Positions 10,901 to 20,740 of a DNA stretch of 64,000 nt are shown here, piece after piece (within the stretch, counting starts at the first letter, position 1; each line of letters starts with the position of its first letter). This DNA comes from an uncultured Candidatus Rokubacteria bacterium. GTDB taxonomy: Bacteria > Methylomirabilota > Methylomirabilia > Rokubacteriales > DASRDR01. The position numbers and the translations under genes are program-made. Below the pieces are notes generated by a model. It was given only the letters and a program-made list of their open reading frames with translations, made no database searches and was not told the origin of the DNA. The stretch covers positions 38,275 to 102,274 of the forward strand of contig CAVPSB010000020.1 of the NCBI GenBank assembly GCA_963708025.1, given 5' to 3'.

Positions 10901-12492
10901 ATGCTCGTCGCGCTCCTGTTCCTGCTCGCCCGACCGCCCGCGGTGGACGGGGCGGCCGCCAGCTCCGGGGGGGCCCTGCTGCGTGCCGCGCTGGCGGCTC
11001 CGGACAAGGCGTGTCGCGGTTTCCGCCTCGACGGTCAGGGGCTCGCGCGCTTCTATTCGGCGGCCTCCCCGATGCTGCTGTGGGTCAACGAGGGCGGACC
11101 GGGCCCGCGGGCCCGTCAGCTGCGGGCGGCCCTGGAGCGCGCGGACGACGAGGGGCTGCCACCCGCGCGTTACGGGCTTGCCGGCATCGAAGCCTACTGG
11201 CACGCCTCCGCGCCTGCCGAGCTGGCGTGCCTCGATCTGATGCTGACCGCCGCCTTCGAGCGCTATGCGCGGGATCTCGCGGTGGGGCGGGTTGCACCCC
11301 GCGAGGCGGATCGCACGTGGCACCTTCCGACGGCTGCCTTCGATCCCGTCACCACCCTGCAGGCCATCCTCCCAGGTGCGGACATCGGGGAGCAGCTGGG
11401 GAGGCTGGCCCCCGCGCACGGCCTGTACCGCCGCCTGCGCCCGGCGCTGGCGCACTACCGCCACCTGGCTGAGCACGGCGGGTGGGACACGTCGCTGACG
11501 GGGCCGAGACTCAAGGCCGGTGACGAGGGCGAGCGGATCGCGGCGCTCCGGGAGCGGCTGCGTCCCGAGGGCGATCTCGAGCCCGCCGCGTCCTCTTCCG
11601 GTCGGTACTTCGACACGGTTCTGACGGATGCGGTGCAGCGGTTTCAACGCCGTCACGGGCTGCTGGACGACGGCATCGTAGGTCCCCGCACGCTGGCCGC
11701 TCTCAACACGTCCGCGGCAGAGCGTGTCGCGCAGCTACGGCGCGCGATGGAACGCCTGCGCTGGATGCCCCGCGATCTCGGCCCGCACTACGTTCTGGTC
11801 AACACCGCCGCCTTCGAGCTCGCGGTGGTCGAGGGCGACCGTTCGGTGCTCGGCATGCGCGTTATCGTCGGCACGCTGGACCAGCCGACGCCGTCGTTCA
11901 CCGCGACGCTCAGGTCGCTGGTGATCAACCCCTACTGGAACGTCCCCCTCCGCATCGCGCGCGACAAGCTCCTCCCGAGGGAGCGGCAGAGCCAAGGCTA
12001 TCTTGCCGCCCACGGGTTCCGCATCTTCGACGCTCGTACCGGCGGATGGCGCGAGCCGGACGCCACGGCTCTCGCGCGCGCGCAGCGCGGGGACAGCGGG
12101 TCCTCCCTCCGGCTCCGGCAGGAGCCAGGGCCGGGCAATCTGATGGGGCGGCTGTCGTTCGTGTTCCCCAACCCCTACGACGTGTTCCTGCATGACACCC
12201 CGGATCGCTCCCTCTTCGAGCGCGAAGTCCGGGCCTGCAGCGAGGGGTGCGTGCGCATCGAGCAGGCCATGGCGCTCGCCCTGCACGTGCTGCGCCGGAC
12301 ACCGGAGTGGACGGAGAAGCGCCTCCAGCAGGAGATCGATGCGCTCCGGCACCAAGTCCTGACCCTGCCCGAACCGATCCCCGTGTACGTGGTGTATCTG
12401 CCGACCTGGGTCAACGACGAGGGGGTCGTGCACTTCCGGCCGGACCACTACCGCCGCGAGAGCGTGCTGGCCAGGAGCCGCCTGCTCGGTGA
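10901..12492 (+). CDS. ycbB: YcbB/LdtD-type murein L,D-transpeptidase
   Basis: Signal peptide, PG-binding domain (AVQRFQRRHGLLDDGIVG), NPYWNVP, VFLHDTP...SEGCVRI; true stop probably near 12492 (frameshift lets the ORF run to 13018). Confidence 0.85.
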
Positions 12493-12616
12493 GGGCGACC
12501 AGGTAGCGACGGCGGCCGCGCACCGCCACGGCGTCGCTCACGACCGGCTGTCGGCCGACGGCCGCCGGTCCGTGCCCGTCAGGACGGGCCGGGTCTCCCG
12601 CGGCACCGCGGACGCC

Positions 12617-13170
12617 TCACCACAGGCGCACGCGCCCCACGTCGAGATGGACGAAGTCGGATTCCGGGTAGTAGCCGACGCCGCCGCGTCGCAGGGCGAC
12701 GGCGGCTGCACGGATCCTCGGCAGGGGCCGGCCCGGGACGCGGAGGTCAACGGCCATGCCCCGGGGATGAAGGCTGTTCGAGGCCACGCCTGTCGTCGTG
12801 GCCTGGAGGAGCGCGTTGCTCGCGGGCGAGCGGTAAGCCGAGATGATCTCGAACGGCTCGGCGGTGTCGAGGCTCGAGCGAAGGGCGCTCAGGAGCCGGA
12901 GCAGCCCTCGATCGATCTCGTGGACCTCGCCCGTGCGGTGATCCCGCAGCACCCGGTCGATGTCTCGCAGCGCGTCGGGGACGAAGCGGCCGTCCTCCCA
13001 GTACACACGGTGGAGTGACTCCCCGGTGTGGAGGTTCCGCAGCGCGAGGGCGCGGCGGGCAGGCGCCGCGCTGGCGGCCCGGTTCGGCCGGGCGAGAAGG
13101 GCAGGGATGGCGGCGAGGGCGATGCGGAGGAAAGCGCGGCGGCCGAGGCGCCCGGATCCCGGGCACCGCC
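12617..13170 (-). CDS. ycbK: YcbK/DUF882 (peptidase M15, MepK-like) with Tat signal
   Basis: GRRAFLR...NLHTGE...ISAYRSPASN...SLHPRGMAVD...GVGYYPESDFVHLDVG; start codon unclear. Confidence 0.85.
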
Positions 13171-13249
13171 GCTCTCAGCGCGGCGTCCGAGTCGCGCACC
13201 CGACTACGCTCGTCGCCGGGGCCGGCCCGGCCACGGCCGGGGCGCCGGC

Positions 13250-13580
13250 ATCGCCGAGGGCGACCGCGAGCCGGCGGTCACGCCCATAGACGTCGTCACG
13301 GAAGTGCAGGGTACCGTCTTCGACGAACGCTGTCCAGTACAGGAGGTCCGCAGTACAGGAGGTCCACGGGTGTCGGGCGGTCGATCGGCACCCATCGCGT
13401 CGCGCACGTGGGAAGGGCGCGCCCGAGGGCGTGGCGGTCGGCGAGGTCCTGCCCGGCGAGCAGGGAGATGGCGAGCTCCAGGGCCTGTTCCACCCGGACG
13501 CAGCCGTGGGAGCGCGTCCGGACCGGTTAGACGAAGAGCGCGGTCGCCGGCGTGTCGTGGAGGTACACGTCGAAGCGGTT
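13250..13580 (-). pseudogene. C-terminal remnant of a second YcbB-like L,D-transpeptidase
   Basis: [36 protein letters not shown]...YWTAFVEDGTLHFRDDVYGRD; in-frame TAA at 13527-13529 and a 16-nt duplication at 13335-13365. Confidence 0.8.
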
Positions 13581-13699
13581 GGTTGGCCGATCTTACCCGG
13601 AGTGGGGAACGGATGAGGACCCGGCCGGGTTTTCAGACACTACGGGGTGGTGGCGATCTCCTTCATCGCGTAGTAGTCGAGGACACGAGACCTACCGCG

Positions 13700-14647
13700 T
13701 CAGGGTGTCGTCCACGTGGCATCCGGGTCGAACGCCGCGAGCTGGGCCGCGATGATGGGCGTACCCGGGCCGAGGTTCTTCTGGTAGACGATGCCGGTCT
13801 GGTTGACCAGGAACGTCATGATGCCGGAGTTGCCGTACTTGGCGGGAAACGCCACCAGCGCGAAGCCTCCCCGCATGTGGCCGTCAACGATGTAGTCGCG
13901 CGGACCTCCGGGGGCGTTGGCCCCCTGACGCGTGAGGATCCGGTAGTAGTAGCCGTGGTAGGGGATGGGCTGGGCGGCCGGCGTGCGTCGGTAGCCCTCG
14001 GCGCGGGCGCTGGCGACCAGGGGGCCGAGCGGGCTGTCCGGCTCGCCGGGCTGGGTCGGCCAGTACAGGCCGTCGCGGGTCCCCGGCGTGCTGAGGAAGC
14101 GCTGGGCGAACTCCGCGAGGCCGGTCCCCATCGGGTCCCGCGCGGCATACTCGCGCTGCGCCACGACGAAGGCCCGGCAGACCTCGATGACGTTGAACTC
14201 GTTCCGCCCGACGCGTCGATTCAGGATCTCCTGGACACCGGCGGGTGTGTCGAAGTGCCAGCCCGTCCCATCGCGGACCAAGGGGATGGGGAAGGGCCAC
14301 TGCTCGGGGCCGACGATCAGGACCCCCCGGTCCGATCCGGTCATCTCGAGCCGGTGGCCGTGGTCGTAGGCCGCGATGAACTTGTCCCGCCCCAGCCGAT
14401 CGGCGACCCGATCGCCCGACCAGATCAGGGCCCGGCCCTCCGTCCCCAGGATCTGGCGCAGTTCGGCCAACCGGGTATTCCGGGTGGCGGTCACGAGCGC
14501 GTCCACGGCCTGCTCCGCGGAGGCGAACGTCGCCGGTGGCCCGCCGGCCGTCCACCCCGGCGTGCTCGGGGCCACCAGGAGGAGGGCCGTCACCAGGATC
14601 CGTAAGCCTGCCTGGAGGGCGTGTAACCGGCGCGCGCGACGCTTCAT
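13700..14647 (-). CDS. DUF2950-family protein
   Basis: WPFPIPLV...RRVGRNE...DGLYWP...PYHGYYYRILTRQG...YGNSGIMTFLVNQ. Confidence 0.9.
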   Translation of the reverse strand: MKRRARRLHALQAGLRILVTALLLVAPSTPGWTAGGPPATFASAEQAVDALVTATRNTRLAELRQILGTEGRALIWSGDRVADRLGRDKFIAAYDHGHRLEMTGSDRGVLIVGPEQWPFPIPLVRDGTGWHFDTPAGVQEILNRRVGRNEFNVIEVCRAFVVAQREYAARDPMGTGLAEFAQRFLSTPGTRDGLYWPTQPGEPDSPLGPLVASARAEGYRRTPAAQPIPYHGYYYRILTRQGANAPGGPRDYIVDGHMRGGFALVAFPAKYGNSGIMTFLVNQTGIVYQKNLGPGTPIIAAQLAAFDPDATWTTP

Positions 14648-14658
14648 CCTCTCGGACC

Positions 14659-16242
14659 TCAGCGGCGGCCTTGGCCGCTCCCGGACTTGGTTTCCCCGGA
14701 GCGCGCTCCTCCGGAGGGCGTTCCCCCGGAGCGTGTCCCGCCTGATGGCGGCGTGGCCGGGGCCCGCGGCGAGGCGGGGGCGATGGTCTGTCGGCTCGAC
14801 TGGCCACGCTCGGTGTGTGTGTGTACGTCGGCGCCCCGCCCGAAGGACTCGAAGGCGGGAGCGAGCGGGCGGAGCGCCCCGCCGGGGGCGGGAGTCACGC
14901 GGGTCGGGACCGGGCTCTTCGGAGGAGCGGCAGCCGGAGGGGGCAAGATGAGGCTCCCCGGACGAGTGCCCGGTCCCACCGCGGGACCACTGCCGGCGCC
15001 GCCGGGGGCGGGAGTCACGCGGGTCGGGACTGGGCTCTTCGGAGGAGCGGCAGCCGGAGGGGGCAAGATGGGGCTTCCCGGACGAGTGCCCGGTCCCACC
15101 GCGGGGCCACTGCCGGCGCCGCCGGGGGCGGGAGTCACGCGGGTCGGGACTGGGCTCTTCGGAGGAGCGGCAGCCGGAGGGGGCAAGATGAGGCTCCCCG
15201 GACGAGTGCCCGGTCCCACCGCGGGACCACTGCCGGCGCCGCCGGGGGCGGGAGTCACGCGGGGCGGGACTGGGCTCTTCGGAGGAGCGGCAGCCGGAGG
15301 GGGCAAGATGGGGCTCCCCGGACGAGTGCCCGGCCCCACCGCGGGGCCAGTGCCGTAGCCACGCACGTCGCCGTAGGGGCCCACCAGGAAGCGCGCGCGC
15401 GTTCCCGGATCCCGATAAGGGACCCCGCGGCGATGGCCCGGGTCGTGCTGCCAGATGCCCCCCGGTGGGGGGCGGTGACCGCCGATGCGGGAGAATCGGT
15501 CGTGGTCGACGTGGAGCCGATGACGATGCCAGTCCCAGTGATGCCAGCCCCACAATGACGGCACGACGACGATGGCGACACCGAAGCTGAGCCCGCCCAC
15601 GCCCCCGAGCGGGGCGACGACGAGGGGCGAGGGATAGCCGAAGAACGGACTCGGCGCGTATACCCACGTCCCGTACACCGCACCCGGGTCATACGTCGGT
15701 ACGTAGACGACCTGAGGATCAGCCGGGATAATGCCGATCGCCTGGTCCGCCGTGAACACCATCTGCTGCTCGGTGGTGACAAGGGTCCCGGCCGACTGCG
15801 CCCGCTGTCGCAGCCGCTGGATCGCGTCCATGACGGCGGCTTGATCGGACAGGAATGCGTCGCCGACTGCTTCCGTCCAGTCGAGGGAGCCGTCCATCAT
15901 GCGCAGGATCTGGGGAAAGGACACGAGGGCCTTGACGCTGGGATCCCACGGCCGCAGGTCGAGAGCCGCCGCCAGCGCGGGGCCGGTCAGGGCCGCGTGA
16001 CTGGGGTCCTGGAGCCAGCGGGTCGCCTGGACCACCTCGAGTGGATAGGTGGCGGCCATCAGGATCTGGCCAACCAGGGGATCCGGGTGGAGCGCGATCG
16101 GCGCCAGCAGCTGGTCGAGCTGGTCCGGCGTGAAGACGGCCGGCCCCTGAGGGGGCGCGCTCGGCAGCGATTGCGCCTGACCGGCCGAGGCCACCAGGCT
16201 CACGGTAAGCACGAGGCTGATGATCAGGGTCGGGGAAACCAT
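14659..16242 (-). CDS. DUF3300-family protein with Pro-rich repeat tail
   Basis: QLDQLLAPIALHPDPLVGQILMAATYPLEVVQA...WDPSVKAL...VYVPTYDP; usual partner of DUF2950. Confidence 0.9.
   Translation of the reverse strand: MVSPTLIISLVLTVSLVASAGQAQSLPSAPPQGPAVFTPDQLDQLLAPIALHPDPLVGQILMAATYPLEVVQATRWLQDPSHAALTGPALAAALDLRPWDPSVKALVSFPQILRMMDGSLDWTEAVGDAFLSDQAAVMDAIQRLRQRAQSAGTLVTTEQQMVFTADQAIGIIPADPQVVYVPTYDPGAVYGTWVYAPSPFFGYPSPLVVAPLGGVGGLSFGVAIVVVPSLWGWHHWDWHRHRLHVDHDRFSRIGGHRPPPGGIWQHDPGHRRGVPYRDPGTRARFLVGPYGDVRGYGTGPAVGPGTRPGSPILPPPAAAPPKSPVPPRVTPAPGGAGSGPAVGPGTRPGSLILPPPAAAPPKSPVPTRVTPAPGGAGSGPAVGPGTRPGSPILPPPAAAPPKSPVPTRVTPAPGGAGSGPAVGPGTRPGSLILPPPAAAPPKSPVPTRVTPAPGGALRPLAPAFESFGRGADVHTHTERGQSSRQTIAPASPRAPATPPSGGTRSGGTPSGGARSGETKSGSGQGRR
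14881..15355. repeat. 120-bp tandem repeat, about 4 copies, in frame in DUF3300
   Basis: Units start at 14881, 15001, 15121 and 15241; encode GSGPAVGPGTRPGS(P/L)ILPPPAAAPPKSPVPTRVTPAPGGA. Confidence 0.95.
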
Positions 16243-16594
16243 CGCACATCGTCATCAAGCAACGATGGTGCCACGAACCCATTGGCGGCGCGCCTCATTC
16301 CCACGCCGCATGTGGCAGCGGAGCCGGTGCGAGGTCGCCCGGCCACCTCGGTCAGCACTGCTCGCACTCCCATGGCTGCTGCTCCATTCGCCGGGAAGGC
16401 CGCCCAATGGCACGCAGCCGCCCGGCTGAGCCGCCGGCCGGACGGATCCGGTGGAACCAGACTGCCACCGCCTGCCGGCTGCTTGGCAAGACGGATGCAC
16501 GGAGGTCATCCGAGGACACGACGTGCGAAGTCGGAGCGAGACCCGGCGCGATCGCCGGCCGACCGACCGCGCGGCGATCGAGCGCGGGTCGACC

Positions 16595-16876
16595 ATGCCC
16601 TGCCGCATCTGCGAGCGCGTCTTTCGGCGGACGCGGTGGGCCTCTCACTATTGCGCCTGCTGCGAACAGGCCTTCTGCGAGGAGCACGGAGGCGTGGCGG
16701 TGGGCGGCCGGGGCGCGTGCGTGGGAGTGCGGCCGGCACGGGTGATGGGACCGGCTGTCCCGCTCGCGCCCCACTGGGGCCGTGCTGTCCCAGTCTCGGG
16801 GCTGCCCCGGCGGCGAGTCCGCGTGACGGAGGAGGCCATGGGCGGATGGAAGGGCTGCGAAGGGGAGGGGACCTGA
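16595..16876 (+). CDS. Small Cys-rich putative zinc-finger protein
   Basis: MPCRICERVF...HYCACCEQAFCEEH; C-terminus doubtful. Confidence 0.5.
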   Translation: MPCRICERVFRRTRWASHYCACCEQAFCEEHGGVAVGGRGACVGVRPARVMGPAVPLAPHWGRAVPVSGLPRRRVRVTEEAMGGWKGCEGEGT

Positions 16877-16969
16877 ACCTTGGTCGCGGGGATGCCAGGC
16901 ACAGGGCCGGCCGAGCCGGGGGCGACGGCGATCCCCGCGAGCTGTCACGAGCGGTGCGCCGACGGGCCA

Positions 16970-17090
16970 TTGTTGGCCGACGCGCTGAGGGTACTCGAGG
17001 CCCGCTACTTGCGAAGGGACGCCGCCGGGGGTGTGATCGAGACGCCGGACGAACTCTTTCGCCGGGTGGCCCGGGCGGTCGCCCACGCGA
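16970..17090 (+). pseudogene. N-terminal scrap of a ribonucleotide reductase (NrdJ-like)
   Basis: ALRVLEARYLRRDAAGGVIETPDELFRRVARAVA. Confidence 0.75.
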
Positions 17091-17360
17091 GCTCCTGCTC
17101 GGGACCTCGCCTGGTCGGCCTGTATGCCGTGACGTTGGGCGTCCTGACCCTCTTGGCGGCCTTCTGGCTGCGTGGGGCCGGCGGGCAGGCGTCACTGGAG
17201 ATCCGGCGGCCTGAGGCCGCCTGACGGCTCACCGCCGTACGTCCGGGAGCCCGCGAGCCGCGGGCGTCAGGCGCCGGCCCGCTGGCGGCTCGGCGCGAGG
17301 CGGGGCGGGCACGGCAGGTCACTGAAGCGGATCTGCCGGAACGTAGCCGAGGGACACGAT

Positions 17361-17753
17361 ATGGCAACCGAGTTCAGAGTGGTAATCCAAGACAAGCCCG
17401 GGACCTTGGCCCGACTCGGCAGTGTCCTCGGCAATGCTGGAGTCAACATCGAGGCCATCCAGGGAACCAGCCGTGAAGGGCAGGGCTTCATCCAGTTCGT
17501 GCCCACCGAGCCCGACAAGGCCGCAGAAGCGCTCGACACGGCCGGAATCCCCTATACGAGGCGGGAGGTCCTCATCGTGAAGGTTCTGGATCAGCCCGGC
17601 ATGCTGGGTGACGTCGCGCTCACGATGTCCGAGGCGGGGATCAACATCGACTCGGTCTACATCACGACTCGCGGGCACGTCGTCCTTGGTGTGGACGACC
17701 TCGTCGGGGCCATCCAGGTCGCGGCCGGCATGGCGGCGATGACGCTCGAATGA
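17361..17753 (+). CDS. Tandem ACT-domain protein
   Basis: DKPGTLARLGSVLGNAGVNI and DQPGMLGDVALTMSEAGINI. Confidence 0.9.
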   Translation: MATEFRVVIQDKPGTLARLGSVLGNAGVNIEAIQGTSREGQGFIQFVPTEPDKAAEALDTAGIPYTRREVLIVKVLDQPGMLGDVALTMSEAGINIDSVYITTRGHVVLGVDDLVGAIQVAAGMAAMTLE

Positions 17754-18016
17754 AGGGCCTCGTGCACCGCCTCCACCGACTGCCGGCATGTCGCTCTGTC
17801 CGATTCTCTCTGGAGCTCGCGAGCGAGGGAACGGTCGACCGGCGCGATGGCGGGCTCTCCTTCACCGAGATCGTGCTTCGGCCGCGCCTCTTGGTTCGGG
17901 CCGGCACCGACCAGGAGCGCGTGCTCCGTGTCGTCGAGAAGGCAAAGAAGGCCTGTCTGGTCTCGGCATCGCTCTCGACTCCGATCCGCCTCGAGCCGGA
18001 GATCGCGACGGAATGA
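17750..18016 (+). pseudogene. OsmC-family C-terminal half
   Basis: EGTVDRRDGGLSFTEIVLRPRL...EKAKKACLVSASLSTPIRLEP; N-terminal half missing. Confidence 0.65.
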
Positions 18017-18472
18017 ACGAGGAGGGTTGTGGTCTGGCGGTCGCGCGTGAGCGGATCGACCGTCTGTGGTCCAACAGTTGCAGGTGAGTGGGCCGCGGTG
18101 TGTCGTCGCGTAGGTCGGCTGCCGTCGGCCCGGACGGCTGTCGGAATAGGTTGCGCGGAGGTGAGGGACCCTCAGCCGGCGGCGCTCGGGCCGCGGGCGA
18201 CGGAGTGCAGGCCCACGGCTGGGGCATTGCCGAGACGGGTCGCGTGGAGTCACTCCGTTGGCGGCCGACCGCTGTCGTGGTGCCCCACGCTCGCCTCACC
18301 CGAGGCGGCACTGCCTCGGTTCAGGTTCTCGCAGCACACGGCTCCGGCTTCCGTACCGAGCGGTCCGGTGAGGAGCGCTCGGTTGGCCGATGGGCAGGAG
18401 CGGGGAGCGGGGGGCGTTCATGCGGCAGCGGCAGACGGGGGTGCGCGAGCGAGTCCGCTCAGAAGGAGCCCC

Positions 18473-18709
18473 ATGATGGCGCTCATCACAGTCGGCGACG
18501 AAGTCAACCATCGAGTCGGCGATGCGCAGTGCCCCGAATGCTGGGAGGAGTATCCGGAAGCGTGCACGTGTGGGGGGCTCGTCCACGCGGCGGGCGGCCC
18601 GGATGAGGACGAGGATGGCGATGCCCTGCTGACCACCCGGTGCGATCAGTGCGGTCGCTCCGTGGAGCAGCTCGACATCGAAACGGAACTCGGGCAGGGC
18701 GCCCCGTGA
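18473..18709 (+). CDS. Small putative zinc-binding protein
   Basis: RBS AAGGAG; CPEC, CTCGGLVH, CDQC. Confidence 0.7.
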   Translation: MMALITVGDEVNHRVGDAQCPECWEEYPEACTCGGLVHAAGGPDEDEDGDALLTTRCDQCGRSVEQLDIETELGQGAP

Positions 18710-18864
18710 TCTGTCGGCCTGCCGGGTGTCAGGGACGCAGCGGTGTCCCGTCGCCGCCCCGCGGGCGATCAGGTCCTCGGAGACGCGTCCGAGCCAAACC
18801 GGAGGTGAACAGTGCTGACTGACAGCTGCCCCGCGGGCGGGCTTTAGCGGTTCGGTCTCCGCCA

Positions 18865-19248
18865 ATGGAAGAACGCGAGTTTCTTGTCCGGATCCAGGAG
18901 CTGGGAAGCCTGCCGAGCCGAGAGGAGGCGGACCGGTGGGCGATGACGGTGCTCCTCGCCCTGATCCATCTCTTGCCGGACCGCCACAAGCGACGGCGGT
19001 TGATCACTCAGCTTCCCGGCACCGTCAAGGCGCGGCTCCGGGACGAGCCGCCCGGTGCGGTTCTCATGGACCTGGATACCTTCCTGCAGCGTGTCGCCGC
19101 AGGTCTCGGCACGCATGCGTCGGAGGGCGCACGCGCCGTCCGCATCGTGTACAGCGCGCTCCGGGAAGCCGTGTCTCCAGGTGAGTTGATCAAGGTCGAG
19201 GCACATCTCCCGAAGGACGTCGTTGGCTTCCTGACGCCCACCGCGTGA
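18865..19248 (+). CDS. DUF2267-family protein
   Basis: EFLVRIQELGSL..REEA...LITQLP...VYSALREAVSPGEL..VEAHLPKD. Confidence 0.75.
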   Translation: MEEREFLVRIQELGSLPSREEADRWAMTVLLALIHLLPDRHKRRRLITQLPGTVKARLRDEPPGAVLMDLDTFLQRVAAGLGTHASEGARAVRIVYSALREAVSPGELIKVEAHLPKDVVGFLTPTA

Positions 19249-19332
19249 GCCGCACGGTGGTGGGGTTGTTTCCCGAACGTCCAGGTCGGGGAATCCGAAG
19301 CGTGTGCGGCACCCAGTCGAGGAGGAACGTCG

Positions 19333-19626
19333 ATGGCCACCTACGTCGTGTTGACCCGACTGACGCCTGAGTCGGCGAAGACCCCGGCCGACCTCAAGCG
19401 TCTGGAGCAGGTCGTGACCGAGCGCATCCGCAAGGAGTGTCCTCAGGTGAAATGGGTGGCGAACTATGCCATCCTCGGCCCGTGTGACTACATGGACATC
19501 TTCGAGGCACCCGACGAGATCGTCGCCGCGAAGGTGGTGATGATCATCCGGTCCTACGGGCACGCCACGACCGAGACCTGGACCGCGATGCCCTGGGAGC
19601 GGTTTGAGATCGTGATTCCGGCCTGA
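19333..19626 (+). CDS. GYD-domain protein
   Basis: RBS GAGGAGG; YAILGPCDYMDIFEAPD...GHATTETW. Confidence 0.85.
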   Translation: MATYVVLTRLTPESAKTPADLKRLEQVVTERIRKECPQVKWVANYAILGPCDYMDIFEAPDEIVAAKVVMIIRSYGHATTETWTAMPWERFEIVIPA

Positions 19627-19641
19627 CAACCGAGGAGCACC

Positions 19642-20508
19642 ATGGTTACGAACGGGACGAGGCGGAGGTGGATCGAAAGCGGTCGGCCGCCTGACGGGGG
19701 CGCTTGGCTCCAGAGCGGATCGTTGCCGCGACATGACTGTGCCATGCCGACGGTGACGCCGACAGCGGCATCGGGAGCGACCAGCGCGCCGTCGGGCGGC
19801 GCCACTGCGGCGGGAGCGGCGCCGACAGGGAAGAGCGCCGTGGTACCGCCTCCGGGTACCGCCCTGGGCATCCGTGTCCTCGATCTATCCGCCGCCGGAC
19901 CGGGCGCGGTCGAGGAGGTCGCGGCGTTCCTGCCGAGCTGCTTCGCCCGGTGGGGATATCTCCCGTCCGTCGTCGCGGCGCGGGTGGAGGTGCTGGAGTC
20001 TCTCGGCCCGGCGCGGCTGAGCCGGGTGGCCGTCGGTGAGGACGGCCGCGTGCTCGGCTGGTACGGCGGCATTCGGGAGTACGACGGTCGGGTGTGGGAG
20101 CTGCACCCGATGGCGGTCCGGCCCGACCACCAGCGCCGGGGCATCGGTCGGATGCTGCTGGCGGACTTCGAGGCGCGGGTGCGGGAGCGGGGCGGACCCA
20201 CCGCGGTGCTGGTGACCGACGACGTCGACGGCGCCTCCACCGCCTGCGGCGTCGACCTCTATCCTGAGATCTGGCGCCACATCCGTGATCTCCGGGTGCT
20301 CAAGGACCACCCGGTCGGCTTCTATCAGCGCTGTGGGTATGTGGTCTACGGCCTCCTGCCCGACGCCAGCGGCTGGGGGAAACCGGGCATCCTGATGGCC
20401 AAACGGCTGGAGGCGGTCCGGCCGGGAGCTTCACACCGTCTCTCCGGGAGCCTGGTCTCGGTCCGCGAGGCGCCGCCTGGAGTGGGTGACGGCAAAGAAC
20501 GGGCCTGA
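19642..20508 (+). CDS. GNAT acetyltransferase, AAC(6')-Ia/Ii-like
   Basis: VWELHPMAVRPDHQRRGIGRML...VTDD...DLY...HPVGFYQRCGY...PDASGWGKPGILMAKRL; start uncertain. Confidence 0.8.
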   Translation: MVTNGTRRRWIESGRPPDGGAWLQSGSLPRHDCAMPTVTPTAASGATSAPSGGATAAGAAPTGKSAVVPPPGTALGIRVLDLSAAGPGAVEEVAAFLPSCFARWGYLPSVVAARVEVLESLGPARLSRVAVGEDGRVLGWYGGIREYDGRVWELHPMAVRPDHQRRGIGRMLLADFEARVRERGGPTAVLVTDDVDGASTACGVDLYPEIWRHIRDLRVLKDHPVGFYQRCGYVVYGLLPDASGWGKPGILMAKRLEAVRPGASHRLSGSLVSVREAPPGVGDGKERA

Positions 20509-20740
20509 CGCACGAGACGATTCTGGCGCGGCTCGCCCAAGCCCACCAGGCCGAGCGTAGCGCCCGTGCGCGGCGCGAACGCGCGGGTCGGCGAGCCGTC
20601 TTGCCGTCGCGGGCGCTCGCCCGGCCGAGGAGACAGAAACTCGCGTAGGGAGGCGGCCCGGGCTGGCCTGAGGGCTCGGCGGCCGAGCGGGCACGCGGCC
20701 CGTGGGACACCCGGCAGCATGGGCCCAAGCCGTGGAAAGC

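Noticed and set aside
13527-13529. Stop-codon recoding in the ycbB remnant
   Set aside because: It is TAA, and the fragment has other lesions and no 5' part
14881-15355. Regular repeats as a CRISPR array
   Set aside because: Contiguous 120-bp units, no unique spacers, in frame in a CDS, and no cas genes
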